64,000 nt of DNA from an uncultured Peptococcaceae bacterium (GTDB lineage: Bacteria; Bacillota; Dehalobacteriia; UBA4068; UBA4997), in NCBI GenBank assembly GCA_947625705.1, contig CANQPG010000002.1, forward strand, positions 13,119 through 77,118. Reading direction: 5' to 3'. The stretch's first letter is position 1; each line of letters starts with the position of its first letter. Below the pieces are notes generated by a model. The model was not told the DNA's origin and ran no database searches. It was given only the letters and a program-made list of their open reading frames with translations. The position numbers were made by a program, and so were the translations under genes. This document shows, in pieces, positions 58,162 through 64,000 of the stretch.

Positions 58162-59157
58162 TTAGGCGCCCGCCGGCCCCTCGGGATAATTCAGCGGGTG
58201 CTCCCGGCGGAAGTTGATCTCGGTGTGGCGCAGATACATGGTGCAGGCGCCGCTGGCCAAAAGCTCGCCGCGCGCGTCCAATATCTCGCCCTCGCAGACG
58301 CCGAAATGCTCGCCCCGGCTGCGCTCTCGCCCCTCGGCGAACAGGCCGCCCACCGCGTCCACGCTGAAAAAGCTGATACTCATCTGCGCGGTAACGCTGA
58401 ACTCGCCCATGGAAAGCGAGGGTTTGCCCATGGTCGGATCCATCACCACCGCCAGCCAGGCCGGCTCCACCTTGCCCCGCGCGTCAAAATGGCGCGGCAG
58501 CAGGGGATCGAGCTTGGCGCGGCACAGCCCCTTGCCGTATTCCGTCACCGTGATGTTCTCGGAATAAAACAGGTTCTCGTTCTCGTTCATGTAAGCGCGC
58601 TTGGCCGCCCAGTCAGAAGCGCGGAAGCAGGGGCGCAGCCCCGGAATATCCGCGTGCAGGTCGGCACGCTCCGCCGGCCAGATGGGGAATTCCCGCGTCA
58701 GCGCCCGCTCCGCCGTGGGCTTCGCCAGCAAATGATACGCCACCGGCTCGTCCAACAGAACGAACGTCGTCACCCCCGCCACCACGAGTTTCCCGTCTGC
58801 CGTGCGCATTTCCACGTCATAGGCGGCGGTGTGGCGGTTACGGTGCTTCTCGGCGGCAAAAATATCCACCAGGCCGCCCTCCACGCCGCGGTAATAATTC
58901 ATCGTCAGCTCGGTTATCCGCACCTCCTGCCCGTAAGAGCGCGCCGCCTTGCCCCCGGCGATCACCAGCATGGCCGAAAGCCAGCCGCCGTGTATGCGCC
59001 CCTGCGAGTTCAGGTGCATCGCCTGCACCTGCATCTGCATGTGCGCAAACCCCACGTTATAATCCACCAGCCGTATGCCGTACAGCCGGGCAAAATTGTC
59101 ATATTCGTTCATATAGCGGATCTTTTCCGGCCAATCCGCCTGCTGAAACGTGTTCAT
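58162..59157 (-). CDS. tandem hotdog-fold (PaaI/DUF4442-like) thioesterase domain protein
   Basis: Two repeated hotdog domains each with GxIHGG-like motif (GRIHGGWL... / second half). Confidence 0.55.
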   Translation of the reverse strand: MNTFQQADWPEKIRYMNEYDNFARLYGIRLVDYNVGFAHMQMQVQAMHLNSQGRIHGGWLSAMLVIAGGKAARSYGQEVRITELTMNYYRGVEGGLVDIFAAEKHRNRHTAAYDVEMRTADGKLVVAGVTTFVLLDEPVAYHLLAKPTAERALTREFPIWPAERADLHADIPGLRPCFRASDWAAKRAYMNENENLFYSENITVTEYGKGLCRAKLDPLLPRHFDARGKVEPAWLAVVMDPTMGKPSLSMGEFSVTAQMSISFFSVDAVGGLFAEGRERSRGEHFGVCEGEILDARGELLASGACTMYLRHTEINFRREHPLNYPEGPAGA

Positions 59158-59176
59158 ACTGCTTACAAACCCCCTG

Positions 59177-60736
59177 TTATTCCGCCTGATACCAAAACTT
59201 GCCGTCAGCCTCGGCTATCTCGGCGTGATTAGCCGCCAAATGCCGCAGAATATGCCAAAGCTGCCGCTCATTGCCGCCGGTCAATTCGGCCAGCGCCGCC
59301 GCGTCATACGCCGCGCCCGGGTGCGCCGCCAAGTGGTCATAGGCGCGGTTCTTCAGGCTGATGATGTCGCCCGCCGCCTTTTTGCCGAACTCCACAGCCG
59401 GCTGATGATACGCGTTGATACCGATAAAATCGGCATAGAAGCCCACCGCCCGCTCGAACAGCGCGATCAGCATACCGACGTAATAGGCCGAAACCTGCGG
59501 CACGGTGATGATGACGCTGCTTTGGCCGTGGTCATAAAGCGCCTGGTTGGTGCCCAGCAGAAACGCCTGCAAATAATCGCCGCTGCTGCTCGCCTCCCGC
59601 ACGGTGGGGGAAGCGCCCTCCCGATCCCGCAAGGTCTCGATGAACACCACAAAAGCGTTCCTCGGACCCGCCACCAGCTGCTGCACGTAAGAGTGCTGGT
59701 CGGACGAACCTTTGTTGCCCAGCACCGCCAAGCCCTGCCGCACCTCGCGCCCGGCCAGGTCATGCTCCTTGCCGAGCGACTCCATCACCAGCTGCTGCAA
59801 ATACTTGGCCAGCAGCGCCAGGCGGTCTTTATAAGGGAGAACCGCCATCAGGCTGCCGCCCTTGCCCCCCGTCTCGGCCAGCCAAAAGAGCGCCAGCAGC
59901 AGCGAGGGGTTGGCGGCGGGTTCCGCGCGACCCAGCTCGTCGCAGGCCGCCGCCCCGGCTAACAGCGCTTCGGTATCAACGCCCTGCAAGGCCAGCGGCA
60001 GCAGCCCCACGGCGGAAAGCACCGAGGTGCGCCCGCCCACCCAGTCCCACATCGGGAAAGCGGCCAGCCATTTTGCCGCGTCGGGGGCGGTGTCAAAGCC
60101 GCTGCCCCGCTGGGTTATCCGCACGGCGTTGGCGTAAAAATCCAAATTATGCGCGGCAAACAGCGCCTGTGTCTCAACTAGGCCGTTCTGCGTCTCGATA
60201 GTGCCGCCGCTTTTGCTGATCACGATAACCAGCGTCCGCGCCAGCGCGCCCTCGGCGCAAATTGCGGCAAACACGCTGTCCATGCCGTCCGGGTCGGTGT
60301 TGTCGATAAAATAGAGCGGCATTTTGTCCCCGGGCGATTTAAGCGCCTGCGACACGAACACCGGCCCCAGGCTGCTGCCGCCGATACCGATGACCAGCGC
60401 CTGCGTAAACGGCTGCCCCGTGCAGCCGACGACTTTGCCCGCGTGTACCTTTTGGGCAAATTCGCTGATTTTTTGCCGCGTTTCAGTAATTTCGGCGGCG
60501 ATCTGCGGCGTGGGGGCAAGCTCCGGCCGGCGCAGCCAATAATGCCCTACCATGCGCCCCTCGTCCGGGTTGGCGATGGCGCCTGCCTCCAGCTTCTGCA
60601 TAGCGGCCAACGCCTGCTCGCACTTGGCCGCGTATGCCGCCAAGTCCAGCGGCTGGCGCAGCCCGCCGAAATCCAGCGATAAGCCGCTCGCCTCGTCCAG
60701 ATACAGCTGCCAGTTCGGTTTATCGGTTATCTTCAT
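59177..60736 (-). CDS. pgi: glucose-6-phosphate isomerase
   Basis: Start MKITDKPNWQ (RBS AAGGAGG); PGI motifs GGRTSVLSAVGLLP, sugar-isomerase domains. Confidence 0.88.
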   Translation of the reverse strand: MKITDKPNWQLYLDEASGLSLDFGGLRQPLDLAAYAAKCEQALAAMQKLEAGAIANPDEGRMVGHYWLRRPELAPTPQIAAEITETRQKISEFAQKVHAGKVVGCTGQPFTQALVIGIGGSSLGPVFVSQALKSPGDKMPLYFIDNTDPDGMDSVFAAICAEGALARTLVIVISKSGGTIETQNGLVETQALFAAHNLDFYANAVRITQRGSGFDTAPDAAKWLAAFPMWDWVGGRTSVLSAVGLLPLALQGVDTEALLAGAAACDELGRAEPAANPSLLLALFWLAETGGKGGSLMAVLPYKDRLALLAKYLQQLVMESLGKEHDLAGREVRQGLAVLGNKGSSDQHSYVQQLVAGPRNAFVVFIETLRDREGASPTVREASSSGDYLQAFLLGTNQALYDHGQSSVIITVPQVSAYYVGMLIALFERAVGFYADFIGINAYHQPAVEFGKKAAGDIISLKNRAYDHLAAHPGAAYDAAALAELTGGNERQLWHILRHLAANHAEIAEADGKFWYQAE

Positions 60737-60768
60737 CGCTTCCGCCTCCTTAACATTTTGACCGTATT

Positions 60769-63700
60769 TTAACGCGCGGCATTTTTCGCCATTTTCTGGT
60801 ATGCCGCCGCCAGCGTCAGCTTGAACTGCTGCCAATCGGCCTGCCAGCGCCAGTTGCCCTCCGGCTCTCCCGGCACGTTCAGCCGCGCTTCGTCGCCCAG
60901 CGCAAACATATCCTGCAAGGGAATTATCACCCAGGGAGCCGCGCTTTGATAAAGCGCCTCGATCAGCTGCCGCTGGCGCTCCACCGCCGGTATGCCGCCT
61001 TTGGCGGCCAGCCAGCCGGCAAGCGTCTGATTGTCATGCGTGCCGCTGTACAGAACCCGCCCGGCAAGATACGCCGCGTCCGCCAGCCGCTCCGGTTCAA
61101 ACTGATAGACGGCCATGCCGGGATACGCCGTCAGCCTAAGCAGGTTATACACCTCGCGGTCGAGGAAACCCAAGTCCTCGGCCAAGAGAGGCAGACGCCC
61201 CAATTCCTGCTCCATGCGGCGGAAGAAGCCATGCCCCGCGCCTTTCAGCCAGCAGCCCTGCGTCGCGTCCGCCCCCTGCGGTATCGCGTAAAAGGCGGCA
61301 AAGCTGCGGAAATGATCCAGCCGCAGGTAATCGTAATCCGCCAGCGCCAGCTCAAAGCGCCGCCGCCACCAGCGGTAATCGTCCTGGCGCATGGCCTCCC
61401 AGTTATACAGCGGGTTGCCCCAGTTCTGCCCTTTGGCGGCAAAATAATCGGGCGGCACGCCTGCCGCAAGCAGCGGATAGCCCGCCTCGTCCAGCAGGAA
61501 CAGCTCGCGGTGCGCCCAAACGTCTGCCCCGGCCGCCGCGGGGTAAATGGGCAGATCGCCGATAAGACGCATACCGTGCTTGTTGGCGTAATCCTTCACA
61601 CCCTGCCACTCGCGGCGGAACAAATACTGCCGGCGGCGGCAGTTCTCCACCCCCTCGGCATATGCCGCAAATAATCGGGGCAGATCCTCACGGTCACGCT
61701 CCGCCTGCGGCCAGCGCTGCCAGGGCAGCCCCGCCCGCGCCTCGCGGATCGCGGCAAACAGGGCATAATCGTCCAGCCAGTCGGCGTTAGCCCGGCAAAA
61801 CTCGTCATACTCCGCCTGCGGTTCGCCGCTCCAATCGGTGCGGCGCAGCAGCGCCGCCGCCAGCTCCTCCTGCCCGGCAAACACCGAAAGCGGCGTGTAA
61901 GGCGAAAGATTTTCCTCCACCGGGTTAAGCGGCAGCACCTGCCAGAGCTTCTGCCCGGCCAGCGTCATGAAATCCACAAAACGGCGGCAGGACGACGCCC
62001 AGCCCCCCTCGGAGGGCGGCAGCGCCGACACCGGGCAAAGCACCCCCGCCGCCCGTGGCAGACGCAGCGGCTTCGGCGCGGCGGCACGTATCAGCCAGAT
62101 CTCCGCCCCGTAAGGCGGAAGCGCCCGGCGCAGCCCTCCGTTCAGCTCCGCTTCCTCACCGGAAAGCAGCTCCAGCCCCCAGCCGAAAACGGCGGGAAAA
62201 GGCAGTTTGGCCTCCCGCGGCTCGCCCACCCGGTTGCAGACCAGCCAAATTTCTTCTATATTATTATCATCATTTTCGTCAGTCTCAGGCCAGAAGCGGC
62301 GGCAGGCGTAAACGTCATCGGAAAGCGCCTGCGGCTGAAAATCGCCGTCGGTCAAAAGGTCATATTCCCCGCGCAGGCGGCTTAAGCGGCGGTACCAGTC
62401 CAGCAGCTCGCCGTCCTCGCCGCCCCAGGGATAGGGCGCGCGGTTGAACGGGTCGGCAAAACCGGCCAGCCCCGCCTCGTCGCCGTAATAAATGTGCGGC
62501 ACGCCCCGCATGGCAAACTGCATAAGGGTAAGCAGCTTCAGGCGGTTTTTGCCAAGCTGCCGCTGCTCCGCCGCAAGCTCATAATACTCCGCCGCAATTT
62601 TATCGGCAGGCTCCCTTGCTCCCGCCAGCACCGTCAGCACCCGCGCCGTATCATGCGTGCCGATAAGGTTCAGCGCCGCGGCAAAATGCTCCGGTGGATA
62701 ATTCTCTTTCAGGCTCAGCAGCGCCGCCGCCAGATCGGCAGCCCCCTGTTCGCCCATCAGATACGCCAGCGCATGTTCCCGGAACGGGTAATTCATCGTC
62801 GCGTCCAGTTCGCCGCCCAAAAGGTATGGGCGCAGCTCATCATAGCTTCGCTTGTTGCTCGCGTCCTCCCAAACCTCGCCCAGGATCAGCGCGTCCGCCT
62901 TTTCCGCCTTGGCCGCCTGCCGCAGATCCCGAATAAACGCGTCCGGCAGCTCGTCGGCCACGTCCAGCCGCCAGCCGGCAGCGCCAAGCGCGAGCCAATG
63001 GCGCACCACGCCGTCCTCGGCCAGCATAAAGCGGCGGTAAGCTTCGTCCTGCTCGTTCACCTCGGGAAGCGCCGTAACGCCCCACCAGCTGGCGTATTCG
63101 TCGGGATATTTCTTAAACTTATACCACGAATAATAGAGCGACTCCTCACTTTGATACGCGCCCAGGTCGGGGTAATTGCCGAATTTGTTGAAGTAGCGGC
63201 TGTCCTCGCCGGTGTGGCTGAACACGCCGTCCAGGATCACGCGGATACCCAGCCGCTCGGCCGCCTCGCACAGGCGGGAAAAATCCTCCTCGGTGCCGAA
63301 GCTGGGGTCGATCTGGCGGTAATCCGCCGTGTCGTATTTGTGATTGGAGGTGGCGCGGAAGATGGGGTTCAGGTAAACCGCCGTGACGCCAAGGCTTTTC
63401 AGATACAGCAGCTTATCGCGGATACCGTTCAAATTGCCGCCGAAAAATGGCCAGCGCACCACCCGTCCCCGGTCGTCATAGCCATAGAACGGCTTGTCAT
63501 GCCAGCTTTGCTGCACCACGCGGCAGGAGCCCTGCCAGTCCTCCGCCGCCGCCCGCCGCTGGCAATCCTGCCAATCCGCGCCGCGGCGGAAGCGGTCGGG
63601 GAAGATCTGATAGCACACCGCCCGCCGATACCAGGCGGGCGCGGCCTCCGGGCGATACACCGTCACCTGATAAGAGGGCGGCGGAACAAGGGTCATCTGC

Positions 63701-63966
63701 CCCACGCCGCCCAGCCGCGCCGCGTTGTTGCCGTAAAACAGCAGACTGCCCGAAGCCTCGCGCAGCAGAAAATAATACCAGATCAGTCCCGGCGCCTCCT
63801 CCGGCGGCAGGGTAACGCTGAAACGGCGGCAGTTCTCGCTTATGATCTGCGGGGTCAGCGGCAGCAGCTCTTCGCCCCGCCCCTCGTACCATATGCGCAG
63901 CTTGGCCTCCGTCACCCAGCCGCCCTCCTCGGTATCCTCGTCCCAAACGTCCAGCGAGAGCGTCAA
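60769..63966 (-). CDS. malQ: fused GH13 alpha-amylase-family domain + GH77 4-alpha-glucanotransferase (N-terminus may extend beyond window)
   Basis: N-terminal GH13 regions (DGVFSH, GWRLDVADE, EVW, THD); C-terminal GH77 motifs (GDLPIYPAAAGADVW, GQNWGNPLYNW, LRLDHFRSF); 1065 aa. Confidence 0.8.
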   Translation of the reverse strand: MTLSLDVWDEDTEEGGWVTEAKLRIWYEGRGEELLPLTPQIISENCRRFSVTLPPEEAPGLIWYYFLLREASGSLLFYGNNAARLGGVGQMTLVPPPSYQVTVYRPEAAPAWYRRAVCYQIFPDRFRRGADWQDCQRRAAAEDWQGSCRVVQQSWHDKPFYGYDDRGRVVRWPFFGGNLNGIRDKLLYLKSLGVTAVYLNPIFRATSNHKYDTADYRQIDPSFGTEEDFSRLCEAAERLGIRVILDGVFSHTGEDSRYFNKFGNYPDLGAYQSEESLYYSWYKFKKYPDEYASWWGVTALPEVNEQDEAYRRFMLAEDGVVRHWLALGAAGWRLDVADELPDAFIRDLRQAAKAEKADALILGEVWEDASNKRSYDELRPYLLGGELDATMNYPFREHALAYLMGEQGAADLAAALLSLKENYPPEHFAAALNLIGTHDTARVLTVLAGAREPADKIAAEYYELAAEQRQLGKNRLKLLTLMQFAMRGVPHIYYGDEAGLAGFADPFNRAPYPWGGEDGELLDWYRRLSRLRGEYDLLTDGDFQPQALSDDVYACRRFWPETDENDDNNIEEIWLVCNRVGEPREAKLPFPAVFGWGLELLSGEEAELNGGLRRALPPYGAEIWLIRAAAPKPLRLPRAAGVLCPVSALPPSEGGWASSCRRFVDFMTLAGQKLWQVLPLNPVEENLSPYTPLSVFAGQEELAAALLRRTDWSGEPQAEYDEFCRANADWLDDYALFAAIREARAGLPWQRWPQAERDREDLPRLFAAYAEGVENCRRRQYLFRREWQGVKDYANKHGMRLIGDLPIYPAAAGADVWAHRELFLLDEAGYPLLAAGVPPDYFAAKGQNWGNPLYNWEAMRQDDYRWWRRRFELALADYDYLRLDHFRSFAAFYAIPQGADATQGCWLKGAGHGFFRRMEQELGRLPLLAEDLGFLDREVYNLLRLTAYPGMAVYQFEPERLADAAYLAGRVLYSGTHDNQTLAGWLAAKGGIPAVERQRQLIEALYQSAAPWVIIPLQDMFALGDEARLNVPGEPEGNWRWQADWQQFKLTLAAAYQKMAKNAAR

Positions 63967-64000
63967 ACTCTCCGAGAGCGGCAGCGCGCCGAAAGGCGAG

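Noticed and set aside
1-64000. CRISPR arrays, rRNA genes, IS elements with terminal inverted repeats
   Set aside because: No regularly spaced direct repeats, no rRNA-like conserved blocks and no transposase ORFs seen; only the integrase remnants at 47644-48690

Overview
High-GC (~60-65%) Firmicutes/Clostridia-like chromosomal segment, mostly housekeeping genes, interrupted by foreign low-GC insertions.

Housekeeping content, in order:
- 1-2120: dnaX (partial), dnaB, rplI.
- 3420-4448: yybS-like DUF2232 membrane protein.
- 5441-13626: a complete aromatic amino-acid supraoperon, pheA-aroB-aroC-aroE/aroK fusion-aroQ-DAHP synthase-aroA-tyrA.
- 13645-21000: mscL, a secreted M3 peptidase with SLH domains, AEC and AI-2E transporters, bioB, a PAP2 phosphatase.
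- 20791-26600: a GltD-like oxidoreductase, copA with a fused C-terminal HMA domain, a PAS histidine kinase, 5-FTHF cyclo-ligase.
- 26597-33480: the tsaE-tsaB-rimI-tsaD operon, a glutamine amidotransferase-like hydrolase, a solitary mazF-like toxin, phosphoglucomutase, glucokinase.
- 34070-44806: corA, a glmU-prs-tyrS operon, a DUF815 ATPase, a flavin reductase, map, an aminotransferase.
- 55497-64000: a LytTR two-component system, ferritin, a tandem hotdog thioesterase, pgi, and a GH13-GH77 fused glucanotransferase running off the window end.

Three features stand out:
- An ~10.4 kb low-GC island (about 44904-55302) is inserted into the anticodon loop of an ancestral tRNA-Pro(TGG) gene. The orphaned 5' half lies at 44864-44903 behind a consensus promoter, and a decayed 3' half at 55303-55345. 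The island carries its own intact tRNA-Pro(TGG) at 45053-45128.
- The island contains a cytoplasmic trypsin-like serine protease plus an unknown 283-aa protein, which I read as a candidate two-gene defence or abortive-infection module. It also holds scrambled tyrosine-integrase remnants, a cluster of surface proteins (Cu-amine-oxidase-like, CHAP/ricin lectin, SLH, two paralogous zinc-ribbon membrane proteins) and an XRE regulator.
- A second small low-GC insertion at 2208-3400 sits where gdpP usually lies between yybS and rplI. It holds an XRE repressor, a consensus promoter bracketed by two TTACC..GGTAA palindromic operators, a Cys-rich 64-aa protein and an unknown 164-aa protein. An exact 18-nt motif overlapping its regulator's -10 box recurs at the -10 of the copA promoter 22 kb away.

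No CRISPR arrays or rRNA genes were seen.
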